Shown piece by piece: positions 25,225 through 33,719 of a DNA stretch of 64,000 bases. The position numbers and the translations under genes were made by a program. The stretch is from Armatimonadota bacterium (lineage in GTDB: Bacteria; Armatimonadota; UBA10988), in the NCBI GenBank assembly GCA_016235455.1, contig JACRKZ010000067.1, positions 32,001 to 96,000 on the forward strand. The letters run 5' to 3'. Position 1 is the stretch's first letter; the number at the start of each line of letters is the position of its first letter. Under the pieces are notes generated by a model. That model did not search any database, had not been told where the DNA came from, and saw only the letters and a program-made list of their open reading frames with translations.

Positions 25225-25260
25225 GCGGGTGCGTGGGCCGCTAGCATACCACGCACCCGC
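25225..25260 (-). promoter_or_regulatory. 12-bp perfect inverted repeat whose loop holds an extended -10 (TG-n-TATGCT) upstream of ftsZ
   Basis: GCGGGTGCGTGG-N12-CCACGCACCCGC; the minus strand reads TGGTATGCT across stem and loop, with TTTG after the stem. Confidence 0.5.
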
Positions 25261-25279
25261 CTCGCCGGCTAGTTTGGAC

Positions 25280-25319
25280 AACGCCCAGCGCACGTTGGTG
25301 TCAACGCGCGCCGGGCATT
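25280..25319 (-). terminator. Long stem-loop after the Gfo/Idh/MocA gene
   Basis: About 18-bp stem AATGCCCGGCGCGCGTTG/CAACGTGCGCTGGGCGTT; its mismatches are G-U pairs only on the minus strand. Confidence 0.6.
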
Positions 25320-25336
25320 GCGCAAACGGTCCTTGG

Positions 25337-26500
25337 CTACACGTTGAACGTGCCCGACACGTCCATGGTCTGGCCCGACGTGGCCTTCTTGCCCGCGGAC
25401 GCGGCGATCTTGGCCTGGAGGGTTTCCTCGTAGAGATCCTCGTCGACGGGGATGTCCACCCAGCTGTCGGTCCAGGCCGAGAGCAGCATAGCGTTGTTGA
25501 GCTGGACGGTGTTGATGCCCTCGATGCCGGGCGCCAGCAGCGCCGAGCCCTTGGTGATGGCGTTGGTCCAGTTGCGGGTGATCTCGGAGTGGCCGCCGCC
25601 GCCGTGGCCGGCAGGCACCTCGATCTTCCACACCTCGGGCTCGCCGAAGCCGCCCTGGAACGTCCGCGAGAACTCGCTGACCGACTGCCGAGTGCGCCAG
25701 AAGGTGATCGCGCCACCCTCCATGACCACCTTGCCGCGGTCGGAGTGGACCTCGATGCGGTTGGTGCCGGGGCACTCTCCGGTGGAGGTGAGGAACACGC
25801 CCGTGGCGCCGTTGGGATACTCGACATAGGCGGTTACGTCGTCGTCGACCTCGATGTCGTGGTACTTGCCGAACGAGATGAAGCTGCGCACCCGGCTGGG
25901 CATGCCGCACCACCACTGCCACAGGTCGAGGTTGTGCGGGCACTGGTTCATCAGCACGCCGCCGCCCTCACCCGCCCAGGTCGCGCGCCAGCCGCCGCTA
26001 TCGTAGTAGCTCTGGCTGCGGAACCAGTTGTTGATGATGTAGATGACCCGGCGGATCTCACCGATCTCACCCGACGCCAGCAACTCGCGCAGCTTCTGGT
26101 GGCGCTTCTCCATGCGCTGGTTGAACATCACGCCAAAGACCAGCCCGCTGGCCTCGGCCGCCTCGTTCATCAGCCGCACCTGCTTGGTGTAGACACCCGG
26201 CGGCTTCTCGGACAGCACATGCTTGCCGCGCGCGAAGGCATCGATGGCCACCGGCGGATGGAAATAGTGCGGGGTGGCGATGAGCACACCGTCAACCTTG
26301 CCCGATTCGAGCAGATCGATATGGTTGTCGTAGCGGGCGACCGCATCGCCCCACTGGCTCTTGGCGTAGTCCAGCCGCGACGATGCCACATCGCAGACGG
26401 CCGTGAGTTCAGCGTTGGGCACGTCGCCGCGGGTCAGATAGCTCGCGTGGCCACTGCCCATGCCGCCCAGGCCAACGATGCCAATGCGTACCTTATCCAC
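25337..26500 (-). CDS. Gfo/Idh/MocA family oxidoreductase
   Basis: GTG 26500 with RBS GGAGG; RIGIVGLGGMG, IATPHYFH, HVLSEKP, WRATWAGEGGGVLMNQCPHNLD, IEVDD. Confidence 0.95.
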   Translation of the reverse strand: MDKVRIGIVGLGGMGSGHASYLTRGDVPNAELTAVCDVASSRLDYAKSQWGDAVARYDNHIDLLESGKVDGVLIATPHYFHPPVAIDAFARGKHVLSEKPPGVYTKQVRLMNEAAEASGLVFGVMFNQRMEKRHQKLRELLASGEIGEIRRVIYIINNWFRSQSYYDSGGWRATWAGEGGGVLMNQCPHNLDLWQWWCGMPSRVRSFISFGKYHDIEVDDDVTAYVEYPNGATGVFLTSTGECPGTNRIEVHSDRGKVVMEGGAITFWRTRQSVSEFSRTFQGGFGEPEVWKIEVPAGHGGGGHSEITRNWTNAITKGSALLAPGIEGINTVQLNNAMLLSAWTDSWVDIPVDEDLYEETLQAKIAASAGKKATSGQTMDVSGTFNV

Positions 26501-26526
26501 CGTGTCTTCCTCCTGGCACTCGTATG

Positions 26527-27216
26527 TTACGCCGTCCAGACGCTGTCGAACAGTAGCACCGCGACAATGGTCACGATCCCACCAAGCGCCGCCACGGTGA
26601 CCACCGGCCCCCACCCCGCCGCATCGCCCATCATGGCCGCCTGCGTGGAGTCGATGGACAGCTTGAGCAACGGCGCCACCAGCGGGAACGACACCACCGC
26701 GCCCAGCGCGCCGCGCGAGCGCGCCTGGGCCACCAGCGCCGCGGTGAAGGTCAGCGCCGCGGTCAGGCCGAAGCAGCCGGCGGCCAGGGACGCGGCCATC
26801 AGGCCCGGCGACTTGACCTCGGCGCCCATGAAAATGACAAAGCCCGGCAGCAACAGCACCGACAACGCCGCGAGCAGCAGCAGGTTGAAGGCGAACTTGC
26901 CCCAGTACACCGCCGTGCCCGAGGCCGCCAGCCGCAACGCATCGGCGGTGCGGCCGTCCTCCTCGGCCACAAACCCACGCGTCAGGCCGCTGAGTGCGGC
27001 GAAGTAGAGCACCACCCAGAGCAGCGCGGCCTGCACCGAGACCGCAGCGCCCAACCCGACCGCGAAGCTGACCGCGACCAGTGTGGTCAGCGCGAACATG
27101 CCGATGGCCGCCAGCGCAAAGCGCGTGCGGAACTCCACCAACAGGTCCTTGCGCAGCACCGCCACGGCTGCCGCCGTGGCGGTGTTAGCGGCCAAGCTCG
27201 ATGATGCGGTTGCCAT
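26527..27216 (-). CDS. ccmB: Heme exporter protein CcmB
   Basis: LRKDLLVEFR, LLWV..FA..GL.R.F..EED.RT...L, VYWGK, VVSFPL..PLL; about 6 TM; follows ccmA. Confidence 0.85.
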   Translation of the reverse strand: MATASSSLAANTATAAAVAVLRKDLLVEFRTRFALAAIGMFALTTLVAVSFAVGLGAAVSVQAALLWVVLYFAALSGLTRGFVAEEDGRTADALRLAASGTAVYWGKFAFNLLLLAALSVLLLPGFVIFMGAEVKSPGLMAASLAAGCFGLTAALTFTAALVAQARSRGALGAVVSFPLVAPLLKLSIDSTQAAMMGDAAGWGPVVTVAALGGIVTIVAVLLFDSVWTA

Positions 27217-27808
27217 GGGCGATATCTCGCGGGTCGTTGGCGGCGATGAGGCAGATGCCGCGGCTGCGTTGCAGCGCGACGGTCTCGGCGACGATCTGGT
27301 GGCCGGCGTCATCGAGGTTGGCGCCCGGCTCATCGAGCAGCAGCAGCGCCGGCCGATGCAGCAGTGCCAGCGCCAGCCGCACGCGCTGCACGTAGCCCGA
27401 CGACAGTTCCGACACGCTCTGATCGACACGATCGGCCAGGCCCAGCCGGTCGAGCAGGTCAGGCTCAGGGGTCACCCCGTGCAGCTTGGCGAAGAAGGCG
27501 ACATTCTCGCCGACGGTCAACGGTCGATAGGGCAGCGTGTCGGGCGCGGCATAACCCACCTGGGCGCGATGTTCAGCGCTGGTCAGCCGTCGCTCGCCGG
27601 CGCGCAAGTCCACCGTGCCGCTGGTCGGCCGCACCAGCCCGGCGGTGATGCGCAGCAGCGTCGACTTGCCCGCGCCGTTGGCGCCGAGCACGGCAACCAC
27701 ATCGCCGCGCTGGAACGTGGCGCTCAGGCCGGCGAACAGCGCCCGACGCTCGAAGCGGTGGCCGACGGCCTGGTACGTCAGACTGATGCTGGGCTCGTGG
27801 TCTGTCAC
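27185..27808 (-). CDS. ccmA: Heme ABC exporter ATP-binding protein CcmA (start GTG 27808 or ATG 27817)
   Basis: GANGAGKSTL, LTVGEN, LSSG..QR..LA, LLLLDEP.ANLD; overlaps ccmB. Confidence 0.8.
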   Translation of the reverse strand: MTDHEPSISLTYQAVGHRFERRALFAGLSATFQRGDVVAVLGANGAGKSTLLRITAGLVRPTSGTVDLRAGERRLTSAEHRAQVGYAAPDTLPYRPLTVGENVAFFAKLHGVTPEPDLLDRLGLADRVDQSVSELSSGYVQRVRLALALLHRPALLLLDEPGANLDDAGHQIVAETVALQRSRGICLIAANDPRDIAHGNRIIELGR

Positions 27809-27839
27809 GGCGCGCATTATACTTGGCCCGAGGACGAAT

Positions 27840-29273
27840 ATGGCAGGCTTCGCTCCCTTCGATCCCGACACCTTCCGCGCCCAAGGCCATCGCCTCGTGG
27901 ACCGCCTGGCCGACTACCTGGCGCAGGCGGTCAGCGGCGACCCCGAGCTGCCGGTGCTGCCGCACGCCGACCCCAACCAGCTCCTGGCCCAGTGGTCGTG
28001 CGATTTCGAGCAGCCGATCAGCTTCGAGGCGCTGACCGAGCGCGTGCTGGCCGGCTCCAACCACCTGCACCACCCGCGCTACATGGGCCATCAGGTGACC
28101 GCGCCGCTGCCGCTGGGCGCGCTGTGCGAGCTGATCGATGGGCTGCTCAACAACGCCAACGCCGTGTACGAGATGGGACCGGTGGTCACCGCCATCGAGC
28201 GCAACCTGTCGCGCTGGCTCGGGGCGCGGCTGGGCTGGGACGCGCGGTGCGACGGGTTCTTCACTTCGGGCGGCAGCCTGGGCAACCTGACCGCACTGCT
28301 CGCCGCGCGCCAGGTGCAGGCCGGGTTCGATGTGTTCACCGACGGCCTGCTGGGCGGCGAGCCGCTGGCCGTGCTGGTGTCCGAGTCGGCGCACTACTCG
28401 GTGACGCGGTCGCTGCAGATCATGGGACTGGGCCAGCCGGGCGTGATCAAGGTGCCGGTCGATGAGCGCTACCGCCTGCGGCCCGAGGCGCTGCCCGCGG
28501 CGCTGGCGCAGGCGCGCGCCGCCGGGCGCCGGCCCATCGCCGTGGCGGCCAGCGCCTGTTGCACCGCCACCGGCACGTTCGATCCGCTGGGGCCCATCGC
28601 CGACTTCTGCGCCGAACACGGGCTGTGGCTCCATGTGGATGGCGCGCACGGCGCCTCGGCGGCGCTCAGCGAGCGCTATCGCGAGCTGCTGGCGGGCATC
28701 GAGCGGGCCGATTCGGTCCTCTGGGACGCGCACAAGATGCTGCTCACGCCGGCGCTCTGCACCGCGGTGCTGTTCCGCAACGGCGACCACTCCTTCGCCG
28801 CATTCACCCAGCAGGCCAGCTACCTGCTGCACCAGCAGAACCCGCGCGACGAGTGGTACAACCTGTGCGGCCGCACCGTGGAGTGCACCAAGACCATGAC
28901 CGCGCTACGGCTGTATGCGGCGTTGGCGGTGCTGGGGCCGCGCGTGCTGGGTGACTACGTCACGGACCGGTTCGATCTGGGCCGGCGGTTTGGCCAGATG
29001 CTGGACGAGGCCGACGACTTCGAGATGCCGGTGGCGCCCGAGTGCAACATCGTGTGTTTCGCCTACAGCCCGCCAGGCGCAGCCGCCATGCCGGGCCTGC
29101 AAGCGGCCATCCGACAGCGCTTGCTGGCCGACGAACGGTTCCACATCGTGCAGACACAACTCGGCGGTCGCGTCTGGTTGCGGGTGACGATCATCAATCC
29201 GTTGACCACGGAAGAGGATCTGGTGGCGCTGATGGCGGCGACCAGGGCGGCCGGCCAGGAGCTGTTAGGCTAA
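27840..29273 (+). CDS. Group II PLP-dependent decarboxylase (DABA/aromatic amino acid decarboxylase family)
   Basis: HHPRYMGHQ, FTSGGSLGNL, AHYSV, WLHVDGAHG, DAHKM (PLP lysine), LRVTIINP. Confidence 0.92.
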   Translation: MAGFAPFDPDTFRAQGHRLVDRLADYLAQAVSGDPELPVLPHADPNQLLAQWSCDFEQPISFEALTERVLAGSNHLHHPRYMGHQVTAPLPLGALCELIDGLLNNANAVYEMGPVVTAIERNLSRWLGARLGWDARCDGFFTSGGSLGNLTALLAARQVQAGFDVFTDGLLGGEPLAVLVSESAHYSVTRSLQIMGLGQPGVIKVPVDERYRLRPEALPAALAQARAAGRRPIAVAASACCTATGTFDPLGPIADFCAEHGLWLHVDGAHGASAALSERYRELLAGIERADSVLWDAHKMLLTPALCTAVLFRNGDHSFAAFTQQASYLLHQQNPRDEWYNLCGRTVECTKTMTALRLYAALAVLGPRVLGDYVTDRFDLGRRFGQMLDEADDFEMPVAPECNIVCFAYSPPGAAAMPGLQAAIRQRLLADERFHIVQTQLGGRVWLRVTIINPLTTEEDLVALMAATRAAGQELLG

Positions 29274-29303
29274 GGAGGCTGGTGGCGACCACCAGCCTCC
29301 TTG
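29272..29303. terminator. Hairpin between convergent genes
   Basis: AAGGAGGCTGGTGG-CGA-CCACCAGCCTCCTT perfect stem. Confidence 0.7.
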
Positions 29304-29305
29304 GC

Positions 29306-29845
29306 TCAGGACAACTGTCCCTCGGTGACCAGGCCGGTGAGGACCGTGGCGTCGCCCGAGGGCAGTTCAAAGGTGAAGCTACTGGGCGGGATCGGCTGGC
29401 GGTCGCGCCCCATGTAGACGAAGCGGAAGACGCCGCGCGCCTCGGCCTCGTGCTCGGCCGGCGCCACCTGGCCCAGGCCAGGCACCTGCGTCGGCATGGT
29501 GCCCTCGGGCAACCAGGTGATGCTGCTGAGCATCCAGCGGCCGCCCAGCGCACCCACGCCGTCCACCCGCCGGCGCTCGCCGAACGGGACCGGGCCCGCG
29601 GGCCGGCTGAGGTGCAGTTGGACCAGCGCCGTGGGCCGGCCGCCGGCGTTGCGCGCCACGACCAGGCGCTCGACCGCGGCCTGGAACGGCCCGACCGGCT
29701 TGCGGCTCAGCGGCACACTGCGCAGCGTCGGCGCGGACCCCGCCTCACGCGAGACACGCGGCGTGACCACCGGCGCGGGGGCCGCCTTGGCAGCTCCAGC
29801 CGTCATCACAACGCCCATGCCCATTCGTGTCAGGAACCCGCTCAT
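29306..29845 (-). CDS. Hypothetical secreted protein
   Basis: RBS GGAGAGG, signal-like MSGFLTRMGMGVVMTAGAAKA, typical codon usage. Confidence 0.6.
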   Translation of the reverse strand: MSGFLTRMGMGVVMTAGAAKAAPAPVVTPRVSREAGSAPTLRSVPLSRKPVGPFQAAVERLVVARNAGGRPTALVQLHLSRPAGPVPFGERRRVDGVGALGGRWMLSSITWLPEGTMPTQVPGLGQVAPAEHEAEARGVFRFVYMGRDRQPIPPSSFTFELPSGDATVLTGLVTEGQLS

Positions 29846-29867
29846 CCGACCTCTCCAATGCTCTACC

Positions 29868-29895
29868 TCGACGAGGCGCCTGCCCAATAGGTTCC
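29868..29895 (-). promoter_or_regulatory. Candidate ECF-sigma promoter
   Basis: GGAACC-N16-CGTCGA ending about 22 nt upstream of ATG 29845. Confidence 0.45.
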
Positions 29896-30072
29896 AGGCG
29901 GACGCCATTTTGGCGTTAAGGACCCGTTACGGCCCTGTCGAACGGCCCCAAAGGCGAGAATGAACGCCGATCTTACGTACCCGACATACGCGTTAGCGCG
30001 ATCGGCCGTAGTCTGGGGGGAACTTCGGAGGTCAGGGCGCCGGTCCAACCTCGCAGAGCCGGGAGAAGGTCG

Positions 30073-31179
30073 TTGAAGCGCGCGGTCAGGTTCGCCATCT
30101 TGACGGTGATGGCGACGGCAACGGTAACACTTGTGTGGGCCAGGCCCTGGGCATGGCAGCCGATCCGCCAGGCCCAGACCGGGCGTCTGCTGCATCGGGC
30201 CTGGCTGGGCCCGTGGCGACCCGTCCCGGCCGACGCTCCCGAGCCTGACGGTGCCGTGGACCGCCTCGTGCTCGCAGGCGTGACTCTGCCGCAAGCCGAT
30301 TTCCGCCACTGGCGCATGAGCAACGCCCAGTTCGCCAATAGCAACCTGCCGTGGGCCAACGGCGAACGGCTCACGCTCTGGTACAGCCGGCTGGCCCATG
30401 TGCGGCTGGTCGCCGCGCAACTGGACCACGCTCGCCTCTCGCATGTGGAGATCTCGGACAGCAACCTGCGCGGGGCCAAGGCGCGCGGCGCCTACCTGTC
30501 CAATAGCCAGCTCCTCCGCGTGGACTTGCGCGAGGCCGACCTGCGCGGCGCGGCAGTGCAGCAGACGGACATGCTGGGCCCGGTGGACCTGCGCGACGCC
30601 GACCTGCGCGGCGCGGTCTTCGCCGATGCCGACATGCGCCTCGCGCGGCTCGACGGCGCACGGATGGAGGGCGCGCGGTACCTGGGCAACACGCGCTGGC
30701 CCGCCGGCTTCGACCCGGCGAGCCGTGGCATGCGCGACGGCCAGGAGGAGCAGGAGCGCCGCCGGCCGTCGTCGCGACAGCAACTGAGCCTGCCGCCGAA
30801 CAGCAGCGCCGCCGTGCTCACCGATGTCGCGCCGCAGGCCGAGTTGGACGGCTACCAGTTCTTCAGCGCCGACCTGGGTCGCGCCCTGCTGCGCGGCGCG
30901 TCGCTGCGCGACTCCGTGCTGTGCTATGCCACGCTGCACGCAGCCGATCTGCGCGATACCGATCTGCGCCGCGCCAACCTGACCGGAGTCGACCTGACCG
31001 GCGCCGACCTGACCGGCGCACGCCTGGACGGCGCCGTGCTCGATGGCTGCTCCTGGGACTCGCGGACACGCTGGCCCGAAGGGTTCCAACCGCCCCACGC
31101 ACTGGCTCGCGACGAGACACAATCCATCAGCCAGGCCAGTATGGGTAACACGACGCGGGTAGACAGCCGGACACCGTGA
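30073..31179 (+). CDS. Pentapeptide repeat protein with N-terminal signal/anchor
   Basis: A(D/N)LxG repeats (ADLRG, ANLTG); two blocks, each ending in TRWPxGF; TTG start with RBS GGAG. Confidence 0.85.
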   Translation: MKRAVRFAILTVMATATVTLVWARPWAWQPIRQAQTGRLLHRAWLGPWRPVPADAPEPDGAVDRLVLAGVTLPQADFRHWRMSNAQFANSNLPWANGERLTLWYSRLAHVRLVAAQLDHARLSHVEISDSNLRGAKARGAYLSNSQLLRVDLREADLRGAAVQQTDMLGPVDLRDADLRGAVFADADMRLARLDGARMEGARYLGNTRWPAGFDPASRGMRDGQEEQERRRPSSRQQLSLPPNSSAAVLTDVAPQAELDGYQFFSADLGRALLRGASLRDSVLCYATLHAADLRDTDLRRANLTGVDLTGADLTGARLDGAVLDGCSWDSRTRWPEGFQPPHALARDETQSISQASMGNTTRVDSRTP

Positions 31180-31298
31180 CGGTAAGATCGTCATTAAGTA
31201 TCGTGTTACAACCTGGTCCATCTGGGTAAGCCTCCATCAGGTGTAGTCGAGGGCAACCGAGTTGCCTCTGTGGCTACATCAGAGCAGCGGGGCGAGCC

Positions 31299-32426
31299 AT
31301 GGCCAGGCTACGACGTTGGTGCGCATGGGTCACGGTGATCTTGTGTGTCGCAGCCCTCGGTTGGGCGCGGCCGTGGGCGGCCGCGCCGGTGCGCCAGCGG
31401 GGCACGGGCCGCGTTCTGGCCAGGATGCGGCTGACGCCGTGGCGCCGCGTGACTGGCGCTGTGGTCTATCGCGCGCCGGCGGTGCGCCGCCTGCGCGCCA
31501 AGGACCTGGTCCTGGCCAACGCCGACCTGACGCACTGGCACCTGGAGCAGGCCCAACTCGACCGATCGAGACTGGCCTTTGCCGACGCCCGTGGCATGAC
31601 TCTGTGGCACAGCCGCTTGCAGGATGTCCGGTTGGTGGGCGCCATCCTCGACGGCACGCGGCTGCATCGCGTTGATCTGACCGGCGTCAGTCTGCGCCGC
31701 GCGCGGTGCCGCAACATGGTCATCAGCTACGGCCGCTGGCGCGATGTCGATCTGCGTGGCGCCGACTTGCGCGATGCGGCATTGCACGAAGTCGTGTTCG
31801 AGCCGGGTGTCGACCTGCGCGGCGCGGACCTGCGCGGCGCCACACTGGCCGGAGTCGACCTGCGACACGCGCGGATGGACGGGGTCCAGCTTGCCGGCGC
31901 CAGGCTCACCGTGGGCACCAGGCTACCCACCAGTTGCCCCATGCCAGGCCTGGCTCAAGCCGTGTCAGCGGCTGAGCGCGCCGCATCCCGAATGGCCGTC
32001 TCGTCCTGTTGGGCGCTTGGGCCCACCGACAGCGCCGCGCGCCTGGTCCAGCTGCAGCCGGGCGCCGACCTGCGTGGCTACCAGATCGTCGGCGCCGAGT
32101 TGCTGGCGGCACGGCTGCGCGGCGCCGACCTGCGTGGCAGCGCCTTGTGCTTCTCGATCCTTCCCAACGCCGACCTGCGCCAGGCCGACCTGAGCGGCGC
32201 CAACCTGACCGGAGCTAGCCTGACCGGTGCGCGGCTGACCGGCGCCAACCTGTCGGGCAGCGACCTCAGCGGCGCCAACCTGGTCTACGCGGACCTCGAG
32301 GGGGCCATCCTGGCGGGCTGTCGCTACGACTCGTCGACCGTCTGGCCCTCGGGCTTCACGCCGCCCATCGGCGCCGACGGCGGCTCCCGCAGTGTCGCCC
32401 AGGCCAGCAGCAGCACCGCCAGCTGA
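31299..32426 (+). CDS. Pentapeptide repeat protein, tandem paralog
   Basis: Same architecture (WARPW, ADLRG, TVWPSGF). Confidence 0.85.
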   Translation: MARLRRWCAWVTVILCVAALGWARPWAAAPVRQRGTGRVLARMRLTPWRRVTGAVVYRAPAVRRLRAKDLVLANADLTHWHLEQAQLDRSRLAFADARGMTLWHSRLQDVRLVGAILDGTRLHRVDLTGVSLRRARCRNMVISYGRWRDVDLRGADLRDAALHEVVFEPGVDLRGADLRGATLAGVDLRHARMDGVQLAGARLTVGTRLPTSCPMPGLAQAVSAAERAASRMAVSSCWALGPTDSAARLVQLQPGADLRGYQIVGAELLAARLRGADLRGSALCFSILPNADLRQADLSGANLTGASLTGARLTGANLSGSDLSGANLVYADLEGAILAGCRYDSSTVWPSGFTPPIGADGGSRSVAQASSSTAS

Positions 32427-33586
32427 ATGATCGCCGCGGCCCCGTAGGCCGCGTGGATGCCGTGCAGGCCGAGCAAGCCCGGTCCGCCGGTGGTGACCTT
32501 GCTGATCCGGCCAGCCAGCAGATTGCCCAGCACCCCGCCGACACCGGTGACCAGACCGGCGTTGAGCGTCTGGCCCGTGGCGCGCAGGGGGAGTGGCACC
32601 AGCCGCGACAAGTAGCCCATGGTGGCCAGGTGCACCGCCGCGAAGCCGAGCGCGTGCAAGGGCTGGAAGCACCACAGCACCACCATCGGTGAGAGCGGGA
32701 AGCAGAACGCGGTCAGCCGGATGAGCCGGCCGGCGAAGCCCCACAGCATGAGTGTACGCAGCGACACGCGAGACAGCAGCCACGGCGCCGCGGCCAGCAT
32801 GGCCACCTCAGCCAGCACCCCCATCGACCAGTAGGCGCCCTTCAGCCGGTCGGAGACACCGATGCTCTGCAGGTAGAGGCTGAGGAACAGGTAGTACGAC
32901 TGGTTGGCGATCCAGCTCACCAGCAGCAGCGCCAGCAACCACTTGTAGCTCGGCAGGGCCAGCACGGCGCGCACGTGGCCGCCATCCAGCGGTTCATGCG
33001 CCTCGCCGTGGGTTTCGGGCATGTGCATGGCCCGCACCGACAGCAGCAGAGAAGTCAGGCTGAAGGCGATGAACACGGGGAACAGCCGCCGCAGCGGGTC
33101 TGATGTCTGCTCGTCGGCCAGCAGCAGCGGAATGATGGTGGCCGCCACCATGAAACCCAGCGAGCCCCACAGCCGAACGCGGCCATAGGTGCGGCCGTCG
33201 CTGTCGCCACGCGCGTGCAGCGCATCGAGGAAGAACGTATCGATGAGCGGAATGAGCGGCGACCGGCACAGGTAAAACACCACCACCACCGGGATCAGCG
33301 CCCACACGCGGGCGGGCATGACCCACAGCAGCGGGAAGCAGATGGCCAGCCCCAGCGAGAGCCGCGCCACCAGCCGGCCCTTGCGGCCCAGGCGGTCGGC
33401 CAGCGGCCCCCAGACCAGCGCCGAGACGATGACGCACAGACTGCCCACGGCCTCCAGCACGCCGATGGTCCAGTCGTCGAAACCACGACGATGGTAGAAC
33501 AGCGTCAGGTAGGTGACGTGCAGCGCAAACCCGGCGAACAGCCAGAAATAGAGCTGAGCATACGAAGCCAGACTGGTCAGCGGCAC
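32324..33586 (-). CDS. MFS transporter (MFS_1_like, HcaT/MalA-type)
   Basis: WGPLADRLG, YGRVRLWGSLGF, GVLAEV, QPLHALGF, RATGQ; about 12 TM. Confidence 0.9.
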   Translation of the reverse strand: MPLTSLASYAQLYFWLFAGFALHVTYLTLFYHRRGFDDWTIGVLEAVGSLCVIVSALVWGPLADRLGRKGRLVARLSLGLAICFPLLWVMPARVWALIPVVVVFYLCRSPLIPLIDTFFLDALHARGDSDGRTYGRVRLWGSLGFMVAATIIPLLLADEQTSDPLRRLFPVFIAFSLTSLLLSVRAMHMPETHGEAHEPLDGGHVRAVLALPSYKWLLALLLVSWIANQSYYLFLSLYLQSIGVSDRLKGAYWSMGVLAEVAMLAAAPWLLSRVSLRTLMLWGFAGRLIRLTAFCFPLSPMVVLWCFQPLHALGFAAVHLATMGYLSRLVPLPLRATGQTLNAGLVTGVGGVLGNLLAGRISKVTTGGPGLLGLHGIHAAYGAAAIIQLAVLLLAWATLREPPSAPMGGVKPEGQTVDES

Positions 33587-33611
33587 GGCAGATCACCTGG
33601 TAGGAACACGG

Positions 33612-33646
33612 CGAGCCCGCCGACCTCGAGAGGAGCGGCGGGCTCG
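33612..33646 (-). terminator. Hairpin downstream of the nucleoside permease
   Basis: CGAGCCCGCCG ... CGGCGGGCTCG inverted repeat; weak U tract. Confidence 0.4.
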
Positions 33647-33719
33647 TGGAGTTGGTCAGAGTACGCCCTGGGGCGGTCGCGCAGCCCGTTCGAACAGGCT
33701 CCGCGACCGCTCATGCGGC

